A stretch of DNA of 64,000 nucleotides from Paragordius varius (lineage: Eukaryota; Animalia; Nematomorpha). Positions 39,160 to 53,000 of this stretch are shown piece by piece; position 1 is the stretch's first letter, and every line of letters begins with the position of its first letter. The notes under the pieces were generated by a model. That model worked only from the letters and a program-made list of their open reading frames with translations, searched no databases and was not told the DNA's origin. Made by a program: the position numbers and the translations under genes. The DNA lies in NCBI GenBank assembly GCA_964247055.1, contig OZ176056.1, forward strand, positions 1,550,001 through 1,614,000, written 5' to 3'.

Positions 39160-41847
39160 TATATATATATTATATATACAGTTATAAGTTTAAAAAATAC
39201 GATATACAATTTGTTATTGAACATGAATTTTAATACTCTGCTATCATATTGTTTTCTCAGAAAACTATTTTGTAATTGTATTTATATGCAGTATTATCAG
39301 AAAATATTTCACACCAAGTTTTTACATTAATCGAAATTTAAGGGCACTCTCTAAAGCTAAAAAGGAAAGGTTTAATATTTTAATTGATTAAATTGGTTAT
39401 ATCTTATTTGGGGTTTAGCTAAGCATTACGAAAAAATGGTAATAGATATCGTGATTTATATTTTAAGTAGCCAAATAATATTTATGAGAGGTTTAGGCAG
39501 ATTTATATGTGAGAGTAGTTCAAATAGTTGTTTTTTATTAAATAAATTTAGTTATTTAGTTAGTAACTTATCTAGAGAAAAAACACATTTCTTCAAATAC
39601 AATATTTTTTATTTGGATAAACTTTTTTCATTATATATATATTTTATAGATGTTCAGATCTTAATCTACAGCTTTTAAAGTTATATTTAAAGCACAATAT
39701 TAGGTGTTCAAGCGCTATCAAATATATGAATATGGCTTTTTGAGGTTATAATGTTTTGAGTTAATTAGAAACGGTGTTTTAAAATATTTTAAGGTTTGTT
39801 AACCGTTTTTCACTTTTGAAAAAATAAGTCTTAAAATTTTTACGACAATCTCTAACGTATGATAATACAAGATGCACTTTTATTTCAAAATAAGTAAAAA
39901 TTTAAATTAATAATATCGCGCAGTCTCGACTGTTGCGTTTGTTTAAGAACATTAGCCCCGGGATAAAGCGTGAAACCGGAATTTATGATATAAAGATAGA
40001 CATTTTACTTAAATATATTCTTATAGTAACAAATATTTTAAAGGCCTTTGATCTCCACCAAAAATAGACACAATTACTAATTTAAACGTTTTTCAATTAA
40101 ACTTTTACCGCAAAAATTATTGGAAGTATTTTAATTAATAACTTCTAATTTTAGAAACCAAAATATGTATCAAAATCAAGCATTAACATTTATATAGTAT
40201 CTTTGACCATCTCCACTGAGACATTCTTTACTTGCAGGTAACAGAAGGAAGCTGCAGGCTAAAACTAATTATTTTCCAACACATTCTCTGCTATAAATTA
40301 TCATTAAAATTTTGATGTATATTAATGAAAATTTTTTAGCGTTTTCACAAATTAATAAAATTATATTAATTTAACTTCATTATTTTCGGGGTAATTAGAG
40401 TAATTTTATATATAGTTTATGCATTAAACTTTTTAACACCTTATAAAATTATTTTAAAAAATAGTAAATCAGGCGGCCCAACATAAATAAATGGCTTGTG
40501 GGCCGCCATAAAATATATGGATTCGGTATTTTTGGTTAATCTAAGTAATAATCACTAACACAATAAAAATATAATATTTGAGCAATTTTTGGTAGTTCAT
40601 TACCAAAATTATAAACCTTATCTCAAAATTGTTTAGGGATATTTTTACTGTGATATATTTAATAAATGGTGATACTCTGGGAATTATAAAATTAATATTT
40701 TTACTAATAAATTTTGAATGTTGGGGCCGCCCAATATATTTTAGAGCGCCGCTTGCTAGCACGAATGTTGTGAATTATATCAAAAGTTCATTTGCCACTA
40801 TATTGTTAAAAAAATAATTATGGTAGGAAGGTCATTTGTTTGGAAAGCTTTAATTACGTTTGACCGTAAACATAGGTAACTTGTTTCAATAAAAAACTGT
40901 AACATGGACCTTTTACTTTACACTTCATTTTTTAGGACTAGAAAACCTAAACCATATTCGAATTGATATTGAACTATCGAAAAGCATTTTTTATTTGAAT
41001 TTATGCCTCTAATAAAAATTATATGGAGAAACCAAAATCTAAATAATATTTAATTTTAAAGAAAAATTTCTGTCTCAAACTTTACGGTCGCCATTTTTAT
41101 TTTACAACATTTTGCAATATAACGTGCTTATTTGATTCTAGGCCTATAAAGTTTACTTTTTTATTAAAATCCATTTAACATGGATATAACCTGAAAAAGA
41201 GGTATATTTTGCATTATTACATATAGCTTATGCACGCATGTCATGTTGGCAAAATTTTTTTCTTTGGGTTTTTCTTCTGAATAAGTAGCGAAGAATTTTT
41301 GAATAACTTTTAAATATATTTCGGCTTAGTAATATTATATAAGTGCCCTTTGCATTGGTTTCAGTTTATTCCATATTTTTTAATATATTTAGAATTTAAC
41401 AAGCTTGGGGTATCTAACTACCCCAATTTGAATCTAATGACTAAAATAAATGCGTTGTATCCAAGTGTAATAAAACCTTTTTCGATGCACAATGCTTTAT
41501 AAGTGCAATCTATAGCAATCGCATTTTTTTATATTTGATCAACAGGCCTAGAGTCACCAACGACTTCAATTTGAATCCAAGTGTAATAAATGTATGTACA
41601 AATATGTGGTAAATGTTGCAATCATATTTTTTATAGCCTTCTATTAGTTTTTTAGAAAAGTATCTCTTATCTTTTTTTAAAAATAGGGAAAATATGATCC
41701 TAACTTACCTCTTTTTAATTTATACATTTGAAAATTTAAATTAAAAAGTTACCATAATGTGAAAGTCGACATAGTTTTATCAATATATAATTTGGAAATT
41801 TAGAAATATTTGTACCGACTGCAACTTTGAGCATACACGTCTCTTTT

Positions 41848-42253
41848 ATGGATTCGGAAATTGAGCAGGTACCACTATTTTTAAAAAAATTAGAAATTAT
41901 ATGAAAAATTTCATCTTTCCGAAGAAAAAGTCAAGTATCTTTATTAAACAAAGTTTTTAGAATAAAAAATGAATTAAACACAAAGTTATTCGAATGCGGA
42001 TGGGTGGAAGAGGTTCGGGATCTTTGCAAAAGTTTGTTTTATTTTTTATATTGATTTTAGCTGAAGCATCAAGAATTGCCGATGAGCACGGAATTGAAAG
42101 TGTTAGGGCAGATGATTTAATGGAAGCTATAGTCCCTCAAGCAAGAGGTTTTAATCAATTAATAATTTTTCAGCCCTTGTTCCAGATCATATAAAAATGG
42201 AGTTACTGGAAAGAGTCAAATTATTTATTGAATCCCAAACAGAACTCGAATAA
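41848..42253 (+). CDS. ENY2: Transcription and mRNA export factor ENY2/Sus1, 99 aa
   Basis: Exons 41848-41868, 41894-41934, 41961-42031, 42061-42147 and 42174-42253 give MDSEIEQKLYEKFHLSEEKVKIKNELNTKLFECGWVEEVRDLCKTEASRIADEHGIESVRADDLMEAIVPQARALVPDHIKMELLERVKLFIESQTELE*, matching the ENY2 motifs ECGW, DDL..I.P..RALVPD..K.ELL.R. Introns are 25, 26, 29 and 26 nt. Confidence 0.93.
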
Positions 42254-43005
42254 AATATTTACAATCTTATTTATTTATTATGGAAAGAGCTAATAAATAT
42301 ATTGACAAGCTAATTCATTTTTTATCTCCTATTATTCTCTCAATCTAATTTCTAACGACACGTAAAGATATAAATCTCTGATGCCACGAAGTATAATGCT
42401 TATAAGTGATAAATCAGTTCCTTCTTTTATTGTGACCTATTGCATTGTATTTTGATTAAAATATTTTTATACAATTCGTTATATATTTATAAGCTTATTG
42501 GTGGAATCAAAATATTCATATATATATATTTTTATGAAAATGTGGAATCGTTTCAAGAATGTCTTCTATTTAAATGCTAAGGATCACGTATTGTTCATAT
42601 ATATATGCCCAAATTCAGGTTTTTAAAGCTTTTTTGTTATTTTGGTTTTAATAAATTTTTCTGCAGGTTTGAATTGAACAGTCAACGGAGTTTTATTTAG
42701 CCCTCTATCCCGAATTATGTGTATTACTTTTTCATTAAAGATAATCCCGTTAATTTATATATCAAAAACTGAATATAATAACCGACCGAGTGTCTGATCA
42801 TTTTAATTCTAACAATTAAACTAGTAAAAAATTAATAAAATTTCGCATTTAAACCATATTTTTTATGGAAAATGGACGTTTTAGGCTTTTTTGTAGGATT
42901 TTTAATACTTCATACAAATATCAAAGTAATCCTGTAATTTTGATATAAAAACCAGTAATAATTTTTTATTTAAAATATTACATATAAAGTTAAAGTGTGT
43001 CCAAT

Positions 43006-43705
43006 TTATTTTGGCAAATTCCTAAAAACCAAAGATATTCGGCGATTTTTTGTAATCAACTGATCATTGAAAACGGTATTGTTGGGTAGTATTTCATGAT
43101 TATATTCAAAACGTGCAACATCACTATATGAAATAAAAACGTTAGAAATTAAAAGAAAATCTAAATTTAAAACTAAAACCTTAAAATGTATAGAGATCTT
43201 TGCGGAATTAAATATGTAAATTGATTAAGCGAATCTTTTTCATGTGTTAGCCGGAGAATGGCTTGAGAACATAAACTTAAGACGGCTAATTTACTGCCAC
43301 AAAACTAATCATCATATATTTATAAAACTTTAACACTATCAATGTGGGGTTTTATGTATCCGTCTGCATGTAGATCTAAAATATGAACGTATGGTAAATA
43401 GGGTTCCTCATTATCGAAAACTGTTTTAAATGTGCGTTGAATAATCAAATCAGATTTAAGGCTCCATTTTTTTCTCTCAGTTTCTCGGAAATTAATTATG
43501 GCCTTTACATAATATATGTATAAATTACATCGTCCCAATGTGCTGTTTCATAACGCAGTCGTTTTAAAACAGGTTCAATTTCAGCCAAAATATCAGATTC
43601 TTCTAGCGGGGATATAAAATTTTCTAAGAATTTAAAGCCTTGTAAATGTTTGGCAGATGTAAAGTTTCTAAATCTAAATAACTTCGGTAAATATCTGAAT
43701 ACCAT
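43006..43705 (-). CDS. ALKBH7: AlkB homolog 7 (mitochondrial 2OG-Fe(II) dioxygenase), 197 aa
   Basis: Exons 43705-43529, 43502-43329, 43304-43180 and 43123-43006. Motifs LRYETAHWDDAIINFRETE, HILDL..GYIKPHIDSVKFCG, SLYILS..RFEYNHEIL, RRISLVFR. Introns are 26, 24 and 56 nt. Confidence 0.95.
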
Positions 43706-43887
43706 GTGTTAAACATGTTGGTTAAGCAAAATATTGTGTACCTAAAACTAAGGCGAAATTTGTATTTTATTTGAGACTTATTGGACGAAATATATTTTTT
43801 AGATTTACATGATAGATTCATGAAATATTAATTTTATAAAAATTAATTATTCATTTAGATACGACAACCGATTTGGTTTATTTTTAA

Positions 43888-44436
43888 CACTTGGATTTAA
43901 ATTGGGGTATCTAAATACCCCAGACTTTTTAAATTGGATTTATAAGAAACTACTAAAGGAAACGGTCCTATAAATATATGCCTCTATCCTAATAAAAATT
44001 ATATATATATGCCAAAATATCTAAATAAAATTTAGTTTTGAAAATTTCCATGTCTAACTACTTCGGCCCCATTTTTATTTTGCAAAATTTCGTCTTTATT
44101 TTAATTTAAAGGGTAAAATTAAAGCCAAATTTTTATTTAAATTACATATTACATTGATAGAAATAGAAAAAATAATTTATATTTGATTTTACCATTTTAC
44201 ACATGTCACATTGACGAATTTTTTACCATTCGATTTTAACTTAAAATAAGTAATATCAAGTATTTTAAAATAAATTATTTTATATACTTTGTTTGTTAAT
44301 GTTATATAGTGCAAAATTTTGTCATGGCTTCGATTCCTTCCTTATTTTTTAAAAAATTTAATTTTGAACAGGCCTTCGGTATCCAGCCACCCCAATTTCA
44401 ATCGAAGGACTGAAATGAATGTGTTGTATCCAAGTG
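43888..44436. mobile_element. piggyBac-like MITE, inverted relative to the copies at 10.8-17.8 kb
   Basis: TTAA|CACTTGGAT...ATCCAAGTG|TTAA. End fragments of the same family also lie at ~41400-41590. Confidence 0.75.
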
Positions 44437-45182
44437 TTAAACCCCTAATAATGTTCCGAATTTCGGGTCAACTTTTTCGAAAACAAATAACAAAAAAAAA
44501 TAAAATTAAAATTTATTTCACTGTATAAGAATTATTTAAAAATAATTTAAATTTCTTCGCAAATAAAATCAAGCATATGATAAATCAATTAATGCGAAGA
44601 TTAAAAATACATTTTATAAAAATTTAAATGTATTTATATTAAATGAATATAAACATGCTTGATTTAAATCCAAAATTTTAACAAAAACTATCAATTAAAA
44701 AGATTATATCTCTGCTTGATACTAGCCTTATAAATTTAAAATATTTTAATAATACGACCATTTTTATAAGCAGAAATTCATATATATTTCTCTATGACCC
44801 TAGTATGGTTTCAGCCCACTCACCAACTTTATAATTTAGAGGAAAGAATAACTGAACAAAACATTTTAATTTGGCCTAAAATACTAATATATATTTTATT
44901 TGTAATAATGTGATTACCCGAAACACACCATGACTTATTCATCCATTTGAAAATTAAATAAAATATTTATAAAATAGCACTCTGTAAAAAATCATAATCA
45001 TCATTTATTTATTTCAACCAATTATTGCAAAAAATAGATATAATATAAAAAAATTAAAAGTTTTCCATTAATCAAATTTGCTAAAAGTATAAATAGAGTC
45101 ATGAAATCTGTAATATATAAAAATCATTTTTAAAGTTTTTTTATTTTGATAATAAATCTTATATGCAGTCTAAGAAAACCCA

Positions 45183-48100
45183 TTAATTTTTAGCATATCC
45201 AAATTCAAAAGCGTCATCAGGGGTAAAATCGCCATATCTCCATAAATTTTTCTATTATGCAATCGAATAAAAAATTATTTAAAAAATATTAACAAAAAAT
45301 TTATTTTCGAAAAAAAAATTATGTAATATAAATACCCGTTCATGCTTGGCTATTGTCTGAGCCTCAACATATTCAGCAACCTAAAAATTTGAAAAGAAAT
45401 TTTTAAAATATTTTTTTCAGATTCTTTTATGGAAATTTTGAAAATATTCATATTTATACGAGTTTAAAAAATGGTAAAATATATTTAAAAAAAAACATAC
45501 CAATTTAAGCAATTTTCGCTCTCGCCGTGGTTCTACCAACAAATAACCTTCCGCAATCATTTTAGTTTTAATAAAGTCTTCACCTGAACCATTAAATAAA
45601 ACAAAGTGTTAAATATGATAATTTGCAATAAAAACCACCGGCTTTCGATAAATAAACTTCTTAACTCCAGTCAAATTTGCAGTAAATTTTAGAAAGTATT
45701 TAATAAATCTAGGGTTTGATTTGACCAGTTATATATGCATAGACCACTTTTTTAAAAAAACACATTTAATAATATTGCAAAAAGTTATTAAGTAATAGTA
45801 AAAAGTTTGAAAAAAGTGAAATTTTAAAATATTTTCTTATTATTCATTTTTATGAAGTTGTTATCAACAGTTTTAACAAACTCATCAATTAATTATATTA
45901 GTTTTTATTAAATTATTGTAAAAAAATAAAAAAGTACAAAACATAACACTAATAATGTTGATTAAAACCCATATTTCCAAAGCTTACTAAAATAGTCGTT
46001 TTGAATTGAAAAATAAGGAATAAAGACGAAAATTGGTAACATATTCCATTTAATAACATTCACAATAATATTTTTGATAATAACAAAAATGAATAATTTT
46101 TTATCAAAGAAACTTATCAGCCTTAACATTTACAGTAAACATTGAATTATACGGACCAAAACATAAAAATATATTTCTATAATACTTATTAGAACTTAAT
46201 TTATTTAAATAAAAACTCATTATGTGACGTTGTAAAGTAAATATATAGAAATATATATTGGAAACACAACACAACAATCAATTATGTAGTTTACAATTGT
46301 AATTAAATAATTTATGAGGGAGAAGAAATAAAGGTTTAAAAAGTATGGGGTTGTCTTTTGCACAAAAAAATATTTGTCTTTATGGTATTGTCCATATAAT
46401 TTCAATTTTTCCACGAAATTACTTAAAAACATATTTTACCTTTAATATAAGGCGTTTTCTTAGCAGTTTCTATGTCCGGATTTTGGAGGGCATAATAAAG
46501 CGTTACATGTTCCACGTTATTAACGCGATATTGTGGATCAACCAAAAACTCCTTGTTAAAACTTTCTTTACGGAATTGATGTAGGGCCTCCTCCCTAAAA
46601 TCTTCCTAAAATTTCACAGAAATTTTTTAAAACTATTTTTGAAAAATTTAAGAAATATACCCTTTTTGCATAATATTTATCGATTTTTTAAATAATATAT
46701 TTTGTTTAAAAATTGAATATTTTCCATATAATTTTGAAACGAAAAAATTATTTATTGAACTCTTTTTTTATGGAATTAATGTAATGCCTCTTCTCCTCTA
46801 TAAAATCCTACTAAATTCCCCCCAAAAATACGTTTTTTTTAAAAGAATAATAATAACATTTTAAAAAATAGCAACCATTTTGTGAAATATGTGGATAGCT
46901 TAATATTAATTTATATAGTATGCATTTTAATGGTTGCTTATTTTAGGGCAATTTGTAACACAGCACAGTAGTATATGGAAAAAAACAAAAAAGGGTTAAA
47001 TAAACAATTATTTCCTTTCTTTTTTCCATACACTACTGTGTGTTACAAATTGCCCCCTACTATAGTGTGAAATAAGCAACCATTAAAATGCATACTGTAA
47101 TTACAGATTTCAAAAAATAATTGGAAAACTATTACTTTTTGTTTTTTAATCTTTTATTACTAAATATTCCAATAAATCTAATTCCAATTATTTATAAAAT
47201 TAATAAATTAAATAAAATATGTAAAAAAAAGTTAAAAAATTTACATCCGAAGGTACAACGATACAGGCCAAAGCATATTCCTTAGCTTGGGGGTTTATAG
47301 AAGCAAACTGGGGCGGTAAAAACGTTAACTTTGTGCTATCCGTAATTTCACGCTATAAAAAATTAACATAAAATATTTAAATGGATGTAAAAAAATATAA
47401 TTTGGTTTTAATTAAATAAAATTAAAAAAATAAATAAAATTTCCCCTTTTTTATACCAATAAAAATGTTTTTATATCCAATGATATATATATTTTAAGAA
47501 TTTTCTCACTATATTTTTTTATTCAAAATTTTAATTCATAATTGCAAATAACTTAAATAAAAAAACTAATATCTTATTTAGTTTTATAATATTTATTTTG
47601 AGTAATATTAAAAAATATACTTATTAATTTTTTTTGCCTAAATTTTATCAATAAAATAGGGATATAATATTTATTTTGAGTAATATTAAAAAATATACTT
47701 ATTAATTTTTTTTGCCTAAATTTTATCAATAAAATAGGGTTTTATCGATCATATTTTTCGCGTATTAATTTTAAGAAAAATAAATTTCATCAAAATTAAA
47801 ATTAATTAATAAATAATATATACGTTTCCATAATCAATGTAAAAAACGGTAATTGAGGGACCATTTATTTTTTCAATTTTGGCGCGGTACCTAATATATA
47901 AATATATATAAATAAATCTTTTAATATCATTCAACAATTTTAAAAACTTACTTTTATTTTATTGTGTTCATAAAAAATTAAATTAACAAAATATTTGGAA
48001 AACTGGGCGAATTTATAAACGATGAGTATTAAATATATCAAATTATATATTGTTTTCATGCTTCTAAGTTTTAAGAATGCAAATTCAGAAGCTTCAATAT

Positions 48101-50006
48101 TTCAAAAAAACAAAATCAACCAATAAAAAATAATATTAGAAATTTATAAAATCAAAAAATAATTATCAATTTATCAACAAATTTCTTTAGATTTTTCTAT
48201 TTTTCGGTTTTATTATACTTTTATTTAATTAAATGGCAAATTTTTTCAATAAAATTTATTTTCTCAAAATATTAAGCCCCCCCCCCCCTAACAATTTTGC
48301 AAAATTATAATTTTAATGTAGTTAAAATTCTGCATTAAATTAGATATTCTTTAAAATGATTTGTAATTACGCTTTAAAATTATTTTATCAAAAAAATTAA
48401 TCAATCAATAAAACCATTCATTATCAATAAATTTTGCGGCACATAAGTCACCCTTTTTGGGCGCGTAGGTGACAACGCCCGAAGTATTTAACGTTTCTGC
48501 AATGGCTTTTCTTAGCTCTGACATCATTTGAATCAAATCATCGCCTAAAACCGAAATTTATAAATCTTAATTTTAAAGAAATTTCAAAGCTTTAAATATT
48601 ATTTTATGAGTTTTAAATTTTAAAACCATAATGAAAAAAATAACAAAACAAAAAATCATTGATAAAAACATATTCATCAAAAACAAGGTATGCGATTTAA
48701 GACTGCTTATATATCTACTCCATATTTAAATTTTAATTTCACATAAAGGGTTTATTATATAATGGGAAGAAAGGAAGTCAAATACTAAAAAAGTTAGATT
48801 AACAAAAAAATCTATCAAAAAATAACTTAAAAAACTATGTTAAAACAAATAATTTTTGAATTATTACTCATATGAATTCAAAAAATCAAAGTGCCATTCA
48901 TATATAAAAATCTGTTTAACAGGTCATTGTAAAATCAAAAAAGTATAAAATTAACTGTATTTATATAAAAAGTTTATAAAAAATTAAAGATTATTTATTT
49001 TAATCAATAAAGCTAATAATTTTTGGTAAAAAATATGCAAACCTTTATCCATTTCCTGAGCGTAAAAGGCAAAATTATCGGCGGTCGGTTGAATTTCAGT
49101 TATAACTATCCGTTTAAGGGCTGGCGGACCGGACCCAAAACGTGAATTTTGCTGTTGATTACCCGCTAAAGTTTTTCCAGAATTTTCTTCACCATTCTCA
49201 TCGATTAACAACATTTCAGCGGTATTGTTTGACAGGTCTTTATCGCTAAAATTAGAGGAGAATTTTGAATAATATGTACGTTTTTTAAGATATAAATCGT
49301 GAAAAATTTACACGTATAAAAATTGCTTAAAAACCTCTTTTTCGTTAAATAAATACGTTTTTAACTATAAAATGGTTATATTTACTGAGGTTTATAGCCG
49401 ATCTTAAAACTTTATCACTAAAAGAAAATAATTTTGTACAATAGTATGTTTTAAATAAATATAAATCCTGAAAAATTTACACGTATAAAATTGCTTAAAA
49501 TTTCTTTTTCGTTAAATAAAATTTTATGAAATATGTATATTAAAAATGGTTATACTGATATTTGTAGCCGATCTTAAAACTTTATCGCTAAAATTAGAGG
49601 ATTATGCCCAATAAATTATTTATAAAATATTTGAAGTCAAATTAAATTTATAATAAGAAAAACGTAAAAAGTAAAAGATTTATATTTTCACAATATATAA
49701 TCTTAAATTATTATAATATAAATAATCTTTTTAGGTTGCATAAACATGAAAAAAATATGTAAATTGGTGCCACACACACAATTATAAATTTGGCACAAAA
49801 AAGGTAAAAAATAAAAAAATATTGTTTTGAATATACAATTTATCTAATTATTTTTTACTTTAAACTATAAATTGATAGTTAAATTATAGAGGTAAAAAAC
49901 CCATATTTTTATTAGAAAAGAACTTATAAGCCTATGTATTATACGTTTTGTGTGGATCTTCAGTTTGCGCTCGTGGTAATGACCAAATCTAAAATAAAAA
50001 TTAGAA

Positions 50007-50042
<36 letters not shown>

Positions 50043-53000
50043 AATAGGATTTTATATAACAAAATCGAAAAATTAAACAAGATTTTAAGGGGGGGTTGAA
50101 TTTTTATATGTCCATTTTATTATTTATAGGTAAGCAAAATAATGTTTAAACTAAACGTATAATGATTTATATAAAGATTAATTGGTGTGCATCAAGTTGA
50201 TTAATGATTAAACAAAAAAACCAAATTGTAAAAGCTAATTTTTAATAAAATAAAGAGCTGATGGATTCAATTAATCAAAACTTTTAAATTATAAATCAAA
50301 AAAAAAAATTAACATTTATTTCCTGTAAACAAAAAAGCCATTTTAATTAAAAAACTAAAAAACACCAAAAATTACATTCAAGTTGGCTGCCATAGCGGTG
50401 TTTTGGGCTTCGTACAGCTGATTAACATATGGGCCCTTGTCAGCTGTGAAATGAAGGGATGCTAAGCCGGCCCTCACCAATTCGACCGAAAGGTTTCGGC
50501 GCCCCCTATTACTACCAGCTGATTCATCAGCTGATGAGTAAGTCAAATAACCTATAACGTTTCCAGCTCGGTCCATACTTTCGACTTCAATGTCAACCTA
50601 AAAAACAGGTGTTTAAAAGTTATAAAGTGCAAAATTTTAAAAGTTTTGGAAAAAAATAATGATTTTAAACATTTTCATTGCATTTGGAACCGATATGTTT
50701 ATTTTAAAGCCATTTTCTTTCTTCAGAATCGGGCGAAAAATTGTTTAAATAACATTTTTTTCACTAAAACCAATGTTATTTTAATTAAAAGGAATTTTTG
50801 ACTCGATTAAAAGCAATATCTAACAGAAACTTCATTTCAAAACCAGGAATTATTCGATTAAATGCAATATTTTTTATTTAAAATAGATATTTATCAATTG
50901 AAGCCATGTTTTTTAGGGGAATATATATTAGGAATATAATGTTTTATTCAAATAATATATGTTAGTTTAAAATTATTTATTTTCGATTTGTTTTTTTTCT
51001 TAACCAACATTTTTTACATGTAAAAAATGGTTTATTTATTTATATAAAAGCAAAATTATTTTACATGAAATCAACTACAATTATTTAAATCAATATTTAT
51101 TAAAGACATTTATTTTATTCATAAACTTTATATCATTATAGCGAAATTATATGATTAACTCACAAAAGAATAAGAAGTTTTTTTCAATTAAAATCTTTAT
51201 TTCAACCCTAAAATTATAGCTGTTAAAAAAATTTTGTGAATAAAAATCATTGTTTTCTATATTCTAAGGTAAATGTAAATCTTATACATATAGGGAAAAA
51301 ATGGATTAAATGCGGCATAAAATGAAAAAATGGTATTTTAAATGCCAGTAAAATATGTAAATCGGTTATACGGAATTTTATACTCCACACCTTTTCACAA
51401 AGATATAATTTATTAAATAAAGTTGCTTTGCTCAATATCTAAATCGGGGCATGGTGTAAATATTGAAATAACTAATACACTCATTGTAACAAATAAATCA
51501 ATGTAAAAAATTTATCAAATTACATATGAAAAAAAATATACCATTTTATTCATTGAGACTGTTTAAAATAAAGCATAAAAACGAATAACATCGTGCAATT
51601 AAAATCACAATTAAAACATGAAATTTTATTAGCTCTTTAAACTTAATTAAACCAAAATTTTTCTCAAATTTTTTTTTAAAAAAAAAATTAAACAAAAAAA
51701 TTGGGCATACATCATGTTGTAAAACAGCTTCCTTGGTGAATTCCAAAGCTTCCTTACTAAAGGGTTCAGCTGGACTGGTTCCTTGATTTCCGGGGAGGGG
51801 TCGAGCCCCCTTTGGGCAATTAATACCTGTGAACAAAAAAATCAAAAATTAACATTCAGGTAAAAATTATCCAATTTTTATAAAAAAAACGATAAAATTT
51901 ATAAACGAAAAAATTTTATATATATCCAATTATTGACATTTCAAAACAAACATAGTATATGAGGTCTTAATTATTAAAAAAAGCGTGTAAATTTTTATTT
52001 TTTTATTTTTGAATTGTTAATGTCTCATATAAAGTCAAAAGTTGAAAATTTTAAACAAATGTTGCACGTATAAAATTGTTTTGGATTAAATTAATTATAC
52101 ATAGGGTAATAATAATTGACAATTAATATTTGTGAAAGAGATCCCTGTTTGGATTTTATGTGGATTGAGTTAAAATTTTAAAACCATTTTTTGGATAAAA
52201 TTACCAATATTTTATCCCAAAACCATGGAAACTTCACATAAAAAATAAAATATAAACGCAAAAACAATCATCAATTCATAGCAAAGTTTTCGATTCTAAA
52301 TTCGCTAATTTATTTTACAATTAATAATTTATTTTATTGCTTTAAATTAAAAATTTTACAATCACACAAGCAAAAAAAGCTAAAAATTGCAAAAACTTTA
52401 AAATGTATATTAAAAAAAGATAATAATCAATTCGCAGCAAAGTTTTTGATTATAAATTTATTCATTTATTTTACAATAATTGTAATTTATTTTATTGCTT
52501 TTAATAAAAAAAATTTATATCTAAGCAAGCAAAAAAAATTATATGGATCAACTCTCACGCGGTATAAAAAAAGTTAAATATTACAAAAACTTCAAAATTT
52601 CTATAAAAAAAACAAAATATTCTTTTAAAGGTAAATGATTATGTTTTGTAATAAAACAATTGTTAAATTCGTAAGATAATAAATGATAAACGAAAATTAA
52701 ATAGTAAATTAATTAAAAAATAAAAATTATATTTATAACAACAAGAACGAAACTAATCTCTGCGATTACTATTGACAAAGCGGGTTTCACCTATCATTCA
52801 TAATTATTTCTGTTTGTTAATAAATGCAATTTTCCATTATTTCACAATTTAATTTGACGTTTATATTTAACTTACGGACGATTTAACAACTGTTAGTACA
52901 AAATATACTTTTTCTTAACAATCTTATTTCAAAATTATTTCAAAAGAAATTTTATAAATCGTAATACCCCCCAAGCAAAAAAGTATGGACCATCGTTCGG

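Noticed and set aside
40190-40310. GC-richer exon-like patch (TTACTTGCAG/GTAACAG)
   Set aside because: No consistent partner exons or recognisable peptide on either strand.
40460-40760. Possible hAT-like MITE with inverted GGCGGCCC(C)AACA motifs
   Set aside because: Termini and TSD could not be defined.
41994-42194. ORF MRMGGRGSG..
   Set aside because: It is a chimeric frame reading through two ENY2 micro-introns; the spliced ENY2 model explains it.
26410-42800. Alternative genetic code suggested by stop-interrupted frames
   Set aside because: All rebuilt genes are open under the standard code and end in TAA or TGA.
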